This document shows, piece after piece, positions 1 through 11,200 of a stretch of 64,000 nt of DNA. Source of the stretch: Mayamaea pseudoterrestris (Eukaryota); assembly GCA_027923505.1 (NCBI GenBank), contig BROI01000001.1, positions 1,736,001 to 1,800,000 of the forward strand. Reading direction: 5' to 3'. The translations under genes and the position numbers were made by a program. Each line of letters starts with the position of its first letter. The stretch's first letter is position 1. A model generated the notes under the pieces. The model was not told the DNA's origin and made no database searches. It was given only the letters and a program-made list of their open reading frames with translations.

Positions 1-3000
1 TGAACTGCAGGAACGGCGAAATGTCGGGTACTCGGTTGAAGGCGGCTTCAGTAGGAGTCTTCCAGTTGAGGGACTCGGTTGCCAGATTGTTAAATAAGGC
101 GATTACGTACAGCGCGCATAGGAGCCAGGCTCCAGCCGGTGCGCCCGTACGGTTCATGATGTTCTGGACTGATGACTTGACTTCTTGGATGCGACGCTCG
201 GCAGGGTTCTGGTTCTGGTATCCGGGCTCGCTCTGTTGGTCACGAATCGCGTAGAATCGCAACAAAGTTTCAACTTGCTTCCCGAGCTGCACTCGCGAGT
301 TATCGCTAATGAGCAAGTCGGGAGCGCCAATGTCTCGAATGAAGTCTTCGAGCGCCATGGGCATGTCACTCTCGGTTCTCAGTGGGTATCCCCTCGTCAG
401 CAGACTCTTCTTGCCGACGAACAGTTGCATCATCTTGCATCCGCCATGGCCGCGGATTCCGTCGTTAAAGGCGGCTTCCTTGGAAAACCAGGTATCTGTC
501 GCCGTATCGTCATGGAAACGAACCACATTGGCGGCAGGGAATCGCGACTTAAAGTGTTGGCGAAATGGGGTGTGTGCCGATGCACGGAAAAGCTGTGTCG
601 TATTCTTAATGGTGCGCTTGACTCGTTCAAGTGGCGTGTAGCCAAGGTAGGGTCGAAGCGCTTGGTAGTCAGGTTCTTGTGGCATTATGCGTCGTGCATT
701 GGCTTGGCGCGTCGTATCAGCCTGATTGCGATCGACATACTGCACCACACGTTCCACTGAGTTCATGTTGTTCCGGTAGGTGGCGTCGCCGAAGTCATCC
801 ATGCGGGCGTCGACGAAACCGTGGGCTTCTTCCAATTCGTCGAAGCGACGATTAAACTCAAGTTCTTCTTCGTTCCATTCATTGTCCAAGTCCGCCGGAT
901 CCCAAAGGGTGTCCGCAGAGAAAATGACCGTCGGATACATTTCCAACTCTGCGTCCGTCGGCGGACGCATATCCATTCGAGGCAAACCGTCGCGGATCGC
1001 CAAGGGGATGGTCTTGCCACAACTGGTGACAATGGCTTGTGCTCCATTCTGGGAGCGAGCGACGTCGTCGATCAGATGGCCGAACGAACGAAGCTGCGAC
1101 GGAGCATGAATGGATTCAGCACCGTCGTACAAAGCATACTGGTTGAACTGCCCGATAATGGGTCCAGTCCGAGTCTCAATCAATGCGACGCCAGTTCCGA
1201 CTTGAAGGTCGCGAACCGTGTGGTCGCTCAAACCTGTCACGTTACACGTGTGGTTGGTAGTACTCAAGATTCTCATATCGCTTCCAGCGAGTCCACCGTT
1301 CGCACCGCCGTCAATCAGCGATCCTTGGCGGGTCTCGTTGCTGCGAGCTCGATTCACAGTGTAGCGCACCGATACCATTGCGCGGTACCGACGGCCGTCG
1401 CTTCCCATAAACTCTTGCTGGGTGTTATTCGCAGCTTGAGTGCGAGACGACGCGGCGTTCGCAAGGAAAGATCTAATCATGTCATCCGGTGCACCTTGAG
1501 TGGCTGTCGTCGGGGCGATCGAGACAGCGTCATTCTGATACAAGATTGTACCAGGCACCGAGGCAGCCGCTTGTGACTGCTGGTTATTCGCGCGGTTGCC
1601 ATTGTTCGCGCGTCTTGTCGTGGCGGGTCTTGGGACGGCTTCGCGTCGAGCCATGAGCTGAGCGTATTCGTCCTCGTTAAGTCGTCCGAGTCGTTCGTAC
1701 GACATGTACGACCAGGGGTTCTGTAACAACTGTTCAAAGTTCAGGTAATCGCCAGGGAATCGTTCCCGATGCGCTTGCGTACCGGCTGCTGGTAGTGGCG
1801 CGGAAGAGCCTCGTCCTCCGGAACCGCGGCTCACTTGGGAACCGCGTCCACCGTCTCGTCCACCGCCGCGTCCGCCTTGGCCGCCACGTCCTCCGCCACG
1901 ACCGGAACCGCGTCCATTACCACGTCCTTGCCCGGAAGTGTTCGCGTTGTTCGCTTGGCGGTCGGCGTTCTTCTTGCCCTTATTCAGCTTGGCGTTCTTG
2001 TTGTCGACGCGCAGAGCCTGCTGCGACAACATGTCGAAAAGACAGTCATAATCTTCCGTCACGACGGCGTCTGGGTCACCATTTGCACTGATGATGCGTC
2101 GTCGTTCAAATTGCAAGTGCTGGTCGAACGTCGTGCATGTGGGGCCGAATTCTTCGTCGCCTTCCACTGCAGCTCGGAGCCAGTAGTACTTTTTCTTGTC
2201 ATCCGTCACTCCAGGACGGAACTCTTCGAGATTCTTCATGAGCTGTTCGATGTAGTTTAGGAACTTGTAGTGTCCTTTCGTCCAGGTCGAATCTAGACGA
2301 ATCGTCGCAAGCTTGGCTTGCAGTTCGTTCGCTTGGATGGTAGCTAACTCGCCGGAACCGAACTTGGTCGCGAGTTCGCGATAGACGCTCTGAGCGTCGG
2401 ACTTGTCACCGTACTTCATCAGGAGCGACTGGTGTCCAGGGACTTCGAGACAATTGCGAAACGCAGTGTACATGAAGACTTGCTGATTCTCGAATTCTAA
2501 TTTCTCTTCTTCCGTGACTGGTACGTACTTGCTGTCGAGCACGTTAGAACAGCCATGGAGCTTGGCGATTGCCTTGGTAGACGCGCTCCAACTCAACCAC
2601 GCGTGGGGATGTTGGAACGTTTTGTAGTCCTTATAGTCTCGTTTCGTCTTGAGGTTCGAGAAACGACCCTTGGCATCTTCTTCCTTTTCGGCCTTCTCAG
2701 CCTTGATGGTCTCATTTTCGAGTTGCTTGGCAAGTAGCTCGGCTTGCTTCTTCTTGGACTCGAGTACGTAGTATCCTTCTTCACGCTTCCGCGCGATTTC
2801 TTGTTCCGCGAGAATCGCTTGGTATCGCTCGAGCTTGCCTAAATCAAGCAACGCCCATTTCTTGGTGTTCGGGGGTCCGTCGTGCATGGTAAACCATTCG
2901 CATGCATCGAGGACAAGGTTCACGTAGACTGGTGCTAGTGTCGTTTCGTATCGTACTGGGGCGGCGGCTTCTTGCCTCGCCGTTGCTTCGCCGGCTCGTC

Positions 3001-3205
3001 GCCGCGGCTGCGCATCGTCGGTTAGGCGCCCGCCTGCTTGGATGGCGGCTCTGTCGACCCAGTAGGGGGCTTCAAGTTGCTCCTTGGTCAATCTCAACAT
3101 CTGGGTAGTGGTGGTTACATTCCAAAACAAGAACGCTTCTTGGATGTCTCGTCCGAAAACGTTCGTGCAGAGAAGCTGCAAAGCTTCCGCAGTAATCGAC
3201 ACCAT
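1..3205 (-). CDS. Copia gag-pol polyprotein (gag, RGG-rich region, aspartic protease, integrase core), 3'-truncated by the window
   Basis: Hand translation of sampled segments from ATG at 3205 (MVSITAEALQLLCTNV..., in-frame TGA upstream) showed no stops; the ORF is missing from the track, consistent with no stop in the window. Motifs: protease LIDGGANGGLAGSDMR (~1270-1320), LRPYLGYTPLERVKRTIKNTTQ, integrase D-D-E in ATDTWFS / LISDN / SEPGYQNQNPAERRIQ, and TPTEAAFNRVPDISPFLQF at the edge. Confidence 0.92.
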   Translation of the reverse strand, partial: MVSITAEALQLLCTNVFGRDIQEAFLFWNVTTTTQMLRLTKEQLEAPYWVDRAAIQAGGRLTDDAQPRRRAGEATARQEAAAPVRYETTLAPVYVNLVLDACEWFTMHDGPPNTKKWALLDLGKLERYQAILAEQEIARKREEGYYVLESKKKQAELLAKQLENETIKAEKAEKEEDAKGRFSNLKTKRDYKDYKTFQHPHAWLSWSASTKAIAKLHGCSNVLDSKYVPVTEEEKLEFENQQVFMYTAFRNCLEVPGHQSLLMKYGDKSDAQSVYRELATKFGSGELATIQANELQAKLATIRLDSTWTKGHYKFLNYIEQLMKNLEEFRPGVTDDKKKYYWLRAAVEGDEEFGPTCTTFDQHLQFERRRIISANGDPDAVVTEDYDCLFDMLSQQALRVDNKNAKLNKGKKNADRQANNANTSGQGRGNGRGSGRGGGRGGQGGRGGGRDGGRGSQVSRGSGGRGSSAPLPAAGTQAHRERFPGDYLNFEQLLQNPWSYMSYERLGRLNEDEYAQLMARREAVPRPATTRRANNGNRANNQQSQAAASVPGTILYQNDAVSIAPTTATQGAPDDMIRSFLANAASSRTQAANNTQQEFMGSDGRRYRAMVSVRYTVNRARSNETRQGSLIDGGANGGLAGSDMRILSTTNHTCNVTGLSDHTVRDLQVGTGVALIETRTGPIIGQFNQYALYDGAESIHAPSQLRSFGHLIDDVARSQNGAQAIVTSCGKTIPLAIRDGLPRMDMRPPTDAELEMYPTVIFSADTLWDPADLDNEWNEEELEFNRRFDELEEAHGFVDARMDDFGDATYRNNMNSVERVVQYVDRNQADTTRQANARRIMPQEPDYQALRPYLGYTPLERVKRTIKNTTQLFRASAHTPFRQHFKSRFPAANVVRFHDDTATDTWFSKEAAFNDGIRGHGGCKMMQLFVGKKSLLTRGYPLRTESDMPMALEDFIRDIGAPDLLISDNSRVQLGKQVETLLRFYAIRDQQSEPGYQNQNPAERRIQEVKSSVQNIMNRTGAPAGAWLLCALYVIALFNNLATESLNWKTPTEAAFNRVPDISPFLQF

Positions 3206-3281
3206 GATAGTGAATACCTCGCTTCCGCAAGTCCTTTCTCACACGACAACCGCTCTCAATGCGGTCGAGCTCTATACGATC

Positions 3282-3650
3282 CTGTTCTACGCGCTCGTGT
3301 CAAGTATTCGGATTGACGACGCCGCAAGGAATCTGCTCTTTCTCTCTCAATTTCTCGATTCTTTTACTCTCTCTCTTTCGCACAGCTCTCTCAGGTCAAG
3401 ACAAGCTAGCAAGACTGTTAATCTGACACAATAATATCAGACGAACCTTTATTCCAGCGACTACAATGGACTCGGAGCGATCAACCTCTTCGTCCAGCGT
3501 AAAGCAAACAAACAAACTCAATTGCTAGAATAGTGCATGTTACTCGCTACTCTACTCGTGCGCTTCTTTCTCGTTCTCACTGGGTTCACGGTCGAGGTTC
3601 ACGCCTCGATCGTCAGCGATTTCACTCATGTATGTGAGGATTCGGTCACA
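3282..3650 (-). repeat. Putative 5' LTR of the copia element (boundaries uncertain)
   Basis: Non-coding, CT-rich on + strand, directly upstream of gag, with candidate TG...CA ends (tgttc at 3282, gtcaca at 3650). The second LTR is not in the window, so it cannot be confirmed. Confidence 0.35.
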
Positions 3651-4818
3651 AGTGTGACTCAACCCTGCACAGGATTAAATGCATACAAAACACAGGTAGC
3701 TAACCGTCTTGTCATAAGACGCAGGTCAACTCAACTCAATAATATTGTGTCACTCTGCAACAAGGCAATCCAATATGGAGACCTGCAAGCTTGTTGGTGC
3801 CATTAGAAGGTGAGCTTGTCTAAGGTGACACAGCCACAAAGGAGGAACAGAGTGAGTGCCTGCCGGAGTGAATGGATTGGATTGTATCAGACCATTGCCA
3901 TTGCACTCATACCAGCCAGCATCATAACATAACATTCCAGATGGATCCTTAGAGCTTGCATACAATGGACAAGCTAGCAAAGCCTCTCAGCTAGCCGCAC
4001 TTTGACAGCATCTTGGCCTACACCCCCACTTGTTGGCAACACAGCATGTTCCTGGCCACCAATGCAAGCAAGGCAGATGGGAGGGCACTCACAGTCATTT
4101 GGTTGGTCTTACGTTGTTTGGCTACCTTGAGTGATCCAACGGACAAGGCAGCCAATCTTCACCTGCTAATTGTGGATAATTCCACTGCTCAAATGCCTCA
4201 GTTCCTCATTGGGGTGATGGCCCACTTTGTGTCAATGGCTTGAATCTGCGCAAGGTGCAGTCAGGTAAGCAAGGATTGAAGTAGCCCACCCTCCTGGTTT
4301 ATTGGTGCAGTAAGGGCAATTAGGGGACTCCATGGATATGCAAATGGATTAACGGGCATCCTACAAAGCCATAAAGCTGTTGCATTGGGGACGCCAAGAG
4401 CACCATACCAAGATGATTTTAAAAATGTGGCAGTCTGGCATCATACAAGCTTTGGAAGCTTTTGTAGGGGCTGGAATGGAATGATATCATTGTGATAACA
4501 TGTGGGCCTTGAAAAGTATTATCCTGGTGATGCAGCATTTTGTGCAGTACAGTGGAGCCTCCAGATGCAAACAGTGGATGAATGCAAATCACTGACATAG
4601 GTAGTTGGTGATGCAGGCACACAGGTTGCACTCGCAATTCGTCTCATGACAGATACATAGTGAATGGCTTACTTCCAGGCGTGTCCAAGAATGGCTTTAA
4701 ATGCTGACAGTTTGTTGTCTATTTTGATAGTCAAGGCTTTTTTTATGTACGTATACATGCTTGGCCCCATTTGTGTAGTTCATTGCAAAAGCTCTCTATT
4801 AGGATTAAATTTTTACGA

Positions 4819-6303
4819 CTAGTCCAAATCAGACTCAACTTCCCACCCAAACAATGACTCAAAATCAGAGATAGGGTCTGATCCTGACCGTGAATCTGAG
4901 TTTGTATCTGATTCCATGTCCACTCCAGCGACAGCGTCGAACCTAGTGCCGGGGTATCCTGACCATGAAAGTGTGTCTGAATCTGATTCCAGGTCCAATT
5001 CCATTCCAACCCATGAGTCCAAGTTTGAGTCAGGGTCTGATCCTGACATGGACTCCGAGTCTGACTTTGAATCAAGATCCGATCCAAACATCCAGTCCAC
5101 GTCTGTTGAAGGGTTTGAGCCAGGCAACTGTGATGCGGAGTCGGCAATGGACTCTGGTACGGATCCAGAAAATGAGTCCGTTTCCAAATCGGATTCGGCG
5201 TCAAGTTCAAACTCAGAAGCAGGGAAAACTCTTGCAGCCAAGGATCGCAGACTTACTGTTAAACGATCAATCAGCTCATGTCGCATCGTGTGGTGGGAAC
5301 CATAATATTTGACATGCTGCAAAAGGTGAGCAACGACATCATATGTTGCAGTAAAAATGCAACCCTCCAGCCGATTGTCATGTTTTTCTGCCAGTTTAAA
5401 GTACGGTGGCGCAGCAAAAAGAGAACTCTTCATTGTGGGAACATCAGTCAAATGCATGAATTGCAGCACAAAGTCGACACAATCTGACTGCTCAAATAGC
5501 GTCAACAAGTATGTATCCCAATCATTAGATGAATATCGATAGCCAGCATATGGAGTAAGACAAGTGTAGAGAAAAGCCACTAGGTAGGGAACCGTCTCAT
5601 GCGGATTCTCTCGCGTGGCCTCCAGAAACAAACGAAAGAGTTGGATTGTCACGGCAGGTGCAATGGGGTGAAGCGTTCTTCGTCTGCCCGTTATTGACGT
5701 TCCAAACTGGACGGCCAACACGTTCATCGTCGTGACAATGACTGGTACATTATATTTGTAAAGCTTGACGTAGCCAAGGAGCTCGTCGCAAAAGGGTCGA
5801 GTGTGCACAACGTCAGATTGGAAGCTTGTCCATCGACTGAGAGTTTGAATCAGCATTTTGATCCGCTCGACCACGTCGATCATTATGTACCAGTGATAGT
5901 ACTCTTGCACCTGACGAGCCAAGCCTGGCTCCCGCAAGAGACGATTGAGACAAAGGGACGCTGTATAGACGCGTTCTTGTACGTTGACAGGGCGGTCGCC
6001 AGGACTTCGAGGCATGCGAATGAGAATGCGCTTGCTTTGTACTGGCGCCGCTAAAACAGCCTCAACTTCGACATAGTCTCGTTTTTTACAAATCATTGAT
6101 TGCTGCGTCACTGCTCCAGTGAAAGGACGGGGAATGAAGATGCGAAGGCGCTTGCTGCGTGATTCTGTCGCGCACAGATTCGTCACGCATGGACGGTCAG
6201 TGCATTCGTTGCTTTTCGTGGACGTTGAATCTGCGATTCCTGCATGTAAATTGATAAGACCGTGTTCGCATGATCGCTCTAATGAAGACTTCCTTTCTGA
6301 CAT
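4819..6303 (-). CDS. Hypothetical protein with a degenerate Ser/Asp-rich C-terminal repeat
   Basis: 494-aa ORF with a helical-looking core and a C-terminus of SGSDP/DLESD-like repeats. No recognisable family motif. Confidence 0.6.
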   Translation of the reverse strand: MSERKSSLERSCEHGLINLHAGIADSTSTKSNECTDRPCVTNLCATESRSKRLRIFIPRPFTGAVTQQSMICKKRDYVEVEAVLAAPVQSKRILIRMPRSPGDRPVNVQERVYTASLCLNRLLREPGLARQVQEYYHWYIMIDVVERIKMLIQTLSRWTSFQSDVVHTRPFCDELLGYVKLYKYNVPVIVTTMNVLAVQFGTSITGRRRTLHPIAPAVTIQLFRLFLEATRENPHETVPYLVAFLYTCLTPYAGYRYSSNDWDTYLLTLFEQSDCVDFVLQFMHLTDVPTMKSSLFAAPPYFKLAEKHDNRLEGCIFTATYDVVAHLLQHVKYYGSHHTMRHELIDRLTVSLRSLAARVFPASEFELDAESDLETDSFSGSVPESIADSASQLPGSNPSTDVDWMFGSDLDSKSDSESMSGSDPDSNLDSWVGMELDLESDSDTLSWSGYPGTRFDAVAGVDMESDTNSDSRSGSDPISDFESLFGWEVESDLD

Positions 6304-6896
6304 CGTTGCTGCTTCCTTTTGTGAATTCTTGCGTCGCCGTTGCTGTATAGGCGCTTGCGTCTGCGCCTGGATCCGGTCGACGGACGCGAATGTAGATTCG
6401 CTTACTTCGTTTGCTTGGTAATGGCGCTTGTGAATTCGTTTCTGTAGTCTTGTCGCGCTCCATCGTTACCGGCGACCTGTTCAAATCCTTGTGTAGGAGC
6501 TGTTAAACGAAAGAATGCATGTCAACACGGTTTTGCGAAGAACAAAATCTTTCGCGTCCAGAACCGCTACGATTACTCAGTACCGGTACGATGGTAAACT
6601 ATGCTACTGTATAGTTTGGCAGGCAAGTCTTAAGATCCCGCCGCTTAGACGCGTGTCTTGATACGTTAATCGTAAGCCTGAGTTATGTTTACATTTCAAT
6701 TCAAATTATATATAATTTGCCTGGCTCGCAACCGTGCGATATCGATCGGCTGGCTATTGGCTCCCATGCACAACATGCACAACTTGTACGATACCAAGGC
6801 GTTGTGTGCTGATGCTGCGTTGTCATTCCGTGCATTCAAGGTCTGGCAAGGGCTGACAATTCACGCACGGGGCATGCAGTAGTAGGCTTGACTCTC

Positions 6897-7841
6897 TCAT
6901 CCCTTCTTCACTTGCTCGTGGATCCACGCAGAAATCTTGTCCATGACTGTGTCACTCACTTCGGGTAAATCCTGCAACAATTGATGTCCAGTCGTGGAGT
7001 CAAAAAAGACTCCCTCCGCCAAGGGGTCTATTTTTCCTTGGTTGACGCGGTCGACAAACTCCTCCGTGGCGGCACACTGCGTGCGACAGTCTCGCTTGGC
7101 GTGAATGGCAAGCAATGGGACGCTGAAATCGTGTGCTTGATCCATGAGACTCTGTCCTGTAGTCAAGGTGGCCGCGGCACTTGAGAGCGTATACGATGGA
7201 GATGTTTGTATCTTGGTGTCGCGTCGTGACACCTCGGCCCACCGCTTGTCACCGAATGCATCATCGTAGGAGGAACCCAAATCTGTGGCAGGCAACTTTA
7301 ATCGGGGATAGTACGGAGCTAGCCATGTGAGGGCTCGGATAACAAACTCTGGAGGCAAGAGTTTCGGATCTAGCTTTAACGCAGGTGCGGAAACCACGAC
7401 GCCAGCGAGGGTGATTCCGTGCAGCTTGGCGTCAAGAGCAGTCTGCAAAACTTCCAAACCTCCAAATGATTCTCCGTACAAAAACAGTGGAATGACCTTG
7501 TTCGCGCTGCCGCATTCCTTCCCTGCCCAATGTACTGCTTCGATTACATCTTCCAACCAGTCATCAAATTCTGCCATGTGAATACATCCGGCTGGAGCGC
7601 CACGTTCATCCTCGCTATACCCATGCGACGCCTGATCAAAGCTGCAGCAAAAGATATCATGTTGATTCAAGTGCTTTGCGAAATTGTTAAAGTAGCCAGA
7701 GTGCCAGCCGCCTCCGTGCACCAAGAGAAGCAAGGCTTTTGGACGACTGCACGGCCAGACACGAGTCGCGAGCTGCGCACCCCGCGGAGAGCGCAGCGAA
7801 AAAGCTGTCGGAGTCGGAGGCTCGGGAATGTGAAGGCTCAT
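6897..7841 (-). CDS. Alpha/beta-hydrolase, monoacylglycerol lipase/lysophospholipase-like
   Basis: LLVHGGGWHSG oxyanion region, DQASHGYS, nucleophile elbow GESFGG, catalytic D (KRDC) and H (GHQLL). Confidence 0.9.
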   Translation of the reverse strand: MSLHIPEPPTPTAFSLRSPRGAQLATRVWPCSRPKALLLLVHGGGWHSGYFNNFAKHLNQHDIFCCSFDQASHGYSEDERGAPAGCIHMAEFDDWLEDVIEAVHWAGKECGSANKVIPLFLYGESFGGLEVLQTALDAKLHGITLAGVVVSAPALKLDPKLLPPEFVIRALTWLAPYYPRLKLPATDLGSSYDDAFGDKRWAEVSRRDTKIQTSPSYTLSSAAATLTTGQSLMDQAHDFSVPLLAIHAKRDCRTQCAATEEFVDRVNQGKIDPLAEGVFFDSTTGHQLLQDLPEVSDTVMDKISAWIHEQVKKG

Positions 7842-8206
7842 GGTGAATTGAAGACGTTGTACAAGATGGGTGATTGATTTAGAATCCGTTGTTGAGACTG
7901 AAGCACCGATGAGGTGGATTTAAAGATCCGTCGCGCCATCACGCATCCGTTTCTGATCAAGCGCGACTGAATACTTCTTCATCGCCAAACGGTAGCTAAC
8001 CCACTCCACATTTATTTGGCGGCCTATTTGATAAGAACGGGCGAATAGCAAACTGCTAAATAATGCTCCAAGATAGGGTAGTCGGGGTCCTGGGCAACCA
8101 AAGGACGCGACGATTACATGCTAGCTATACAGCTTCGCCAACAAGAATTATACAGTGTTGCTCGAGAGCATCCCATTAACAATAAATTTTCGAGTTTACT
8201 TAGTGT

Positions 8207-11200
8207 CTACTTAGCCAATTCGTTCCGTCCAAATCGAGATACTTCATCTGGCAGTGGACTTTGATCAATCTCGTGCCTGCTATCCCAAAAAGGATCAGCC
8301 TCGAGGTCGTCAACATCATATTTGAGGAATGAGAGGTAGTTGCGGAAGCACTTCTCCACCTCCATAACAACAAAAACAGCAAACATCATCAAAACTACAA
8401 TGCCCCACTGCGCACCATCCATTGGCCCCATGGAGAAAACGACTCTATCGAGGCCTGGTACGTAGGTGATGAAAACTTGCAGGACAGTGATGATTCCATA
8501 TGACCAGAACGCAAGGTGGTTTCCATGGAGCGATCGGCGATGAAATGCCGACTTTCTCGAAAAGCGAGCACTTGCGGTTATCGCAATTGCCCCAAAAGAT
8601 AGTGTGTTGAGTGCTTGCGCTCGCTGCTGGGGTTCCGCATATCCCAAACCGCTTACCCAGAATGTAGCACCGACGGTCACCGCCACCAATGCAGTCGTTC
8701 CAATCACAATCCGAAGGAACAAGAACCGTCCAACTAACCGCTTTCCGACACGACGAGGCGGCTGGTTCATTCTGAAAAGTATTATACGCATGTGAGCAAT
8801 GGTGCAACGAAAAAAGCATCAACATTGCCAGTGCCGAGTCACGGTCAAGCACTTACAGGCCACCTTCCGCGGGCTCGATGGCACAGGCAAAACCAAGTGT
8901 ACATGCTGTGATCAAATTACAATACAGCACTTGAATCGGCGTGAGCGGACTTTCGTCAAGACCGCACAGAAGGCCGAAAAGCACAGTCATACCCTGGAAA
9001 TGTAGAAAAAGAGACTGGGTGTAAGTGTCATTGTGTCCCGTACCGGTACGCAGTCGTTGCAGCTTTGCCCAACTGATGGCGCTCTTTTTACCTGACTATT
9101 GTTGATGCAAGTGTTGATAATGAGTGACTTTCGAAGGTTTTCCCACACCACGCGGCCCTCCCGAATGGCAGCAACGATGGTTGCAAAGTTGTCGTCGGCA
9201 AGAATCATATCCGACGCTTCTCTTGCAACATCTGTTCCTTCCTTGCCCATAGCAACACCCATATCCGCAGCCTTTAGTGCTGGAGCATCGTTGACACCAT
9301 CGCCAGTCATACCGCAAATCTCTCCGTTCTTTTGCAGGGCCTTTACAATGCGAATTTTATTTTGCGGTGATGCTCGTGCAAACACATTGTACCTCTGGAC
9401 AGCAAGAGTCAGTTCATCATCCGCCATGGCATCAATTTCGGGTCCTGTGATAGCCTCCGAGTGTTGCTTGTCAACAAGACCCAGCATGCTGCCGATCGCC
9501 AAGGCCGTGTCTTTGTGATCGCCCTGTTTTCAAAAATCAAAAGTAATGAGAAATCGATCAGTTAAAGCGCTCACAAGCGATACTTTGCTTAAGCGTACCG
9601 TAATCATTGCAACTCGCACACCAGCGCTATGAGCCTCAGCAATAGCAGTAATGCATTCAGGACGCGGCGGATCAATGATGGCACAGAGTCCAACAAGCGT
9701 CAACCAAGGGCCGCCGCGCTCTTGAACAAAATCTGGACCAAGTTGTTGCCCTGGTTGAACAGTATCCTTGGGGATGGTTCCGCGAGTCAGCGCCAGCACT
9801 CGAAGTCCATGCGATGATAACACAGCAATCTGCTCAATCCACCATTTCAAGTCAATGGGCTCAACGTCGCCTCTTCCAAATTTGCCGTTCTGAGCTTGAT
9901 ATTTGCACTAACACATTCAATGAGACAGAAAAAGTCAGACAGACGCAATTGCATGAACAAGGAGAGAGCTTTATGCAATGAACTTACCAAAGGAACCATG
10001 CGGTCAGGGGCACCTTTGACGTGAACAATCAAGCCATCGTTAAAATCGTCCGTGTCGTTTGCACTGACCGGCTCATGAACTGTCGCCATGAACTTGTACT
10101 CGCTGCTAAAGGGAACCTCGGCAATAAATGGAGCGCTGTCTTTGACTTCGGAAACATCCACGTCGCCAAAATATGCAGCTCGAAGAATCGCCAGCTCTGT
10201 TGGGTTTCCAATTTCGCCATCTCGCCTACCATTTGTTCCAAGACTGCACCGCGAGCACAAAATGCCACCGGCCAGTGCTTGCCGAAGAAAATTGGAGTCA
10301 GGATGCTCATTGCCTGAACTGCCGCCACTTGTTGTCGCTTGATCAGGAGTCGCTTCATCGTCGTCAGCCCCCATGGTTGCAGTTTCCTCTGATCCAATGC
10401 CGCCGTTAGCCGCCTCTCCAAAATCAAGTGCAATGCCAAACGGAAACGAATTTGTCTTTCCACGACGAGACTTGCGCGATGCGCTGGGACCCTCTCGAAT
10501 GACATCGCTTGCTTTGAGGTACTTGGCATTGTTTGCCCGAGTACGCAAGAATGCATTGTCAACCTCGAAATTGGCTGGCGTCCGATCTGTTGCATCAGTG
10601 TTAAACTTGAAGCGTTTACCAGTAGTAACAAACGCCGTGAGAGTCATTTCATTCTTCGTCAAAGTTCCAGTCTTATCACTGCAGATAACTGTTACACTGC
10701 CAAGAGTCTCGACGGCAGGAAGGGCGCGAATAATGGCATTTTGCTTGGCCATGTTTTTGACGGCCCACGCAAACACCATAGTTACAATTGCCTCCAAGCC
10801 TTCGGGAATCATGGCGACGGCGCAAACGAGAGCCGAGGAAAATGCATCGATTCCACTCTGGTTCGTTATAAAGAAAGCGACGCAAAATGTTGCGGCAGCC
10901 GTCACGACGATTGCAATCGCCAAAATTGTGGAAATGGTGTTGATTTGCTCCAACACATTGGTCTTCTTGTTCCGCACCTTGTTGACTAAAGCATTGATGG
11001 TTCCAATCTCGGTATTGTCGCCCGTCGTTGTCGCAATTCCTGTCCCAGCTCCCTGCGCAACCAGCGTTGCACTAAAACACATGTTCTGCCGATCACCGAG
11101 CGGCACGGACATTGGATCTGTCGCATCGCCTGGGCTAATGGCATCCACAATCTTGTCAATCGGCACTGACTCTCCCGTCAAGGCTGCTTCTCCACACGCC

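Larger units (their letters stand above)
1..3650 (-). mobile_element. Ty1/copia LTR retrotransposon (diatom CoDi-I type), 5' half; RT/RNaseH and 3' LTR lie beyond the left window edge
   Basis: The minus-strand polyprotein has copia domain order gag-protease-integrase. Sequence stays CpG-rich up to about 3650 (minus strand would start TGTGAC), then composition changes abruptly. The right boundary is approximate. Confidence 0.9.

Noticed and set aside
3240..3290. Primer-binding site of the copia element
   Set aside because: No recognisable tRNA-complementary TGG motif, and the LTR end cannot be fixed from one copy.
21..3434. + strand ORFs over the copia element (e.g. 185-760, 821-1576)
   Set aside because: They are antisense shadows of the gag-pol frame with no motifs.
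3940..3990. WTS*QS match between the eroded region and the neighbouring 494-aa ORF, suggesting a paralogous pseudogene
   Set aside because: The match is only a few residues and flanking alignment could not be sustained by eye.
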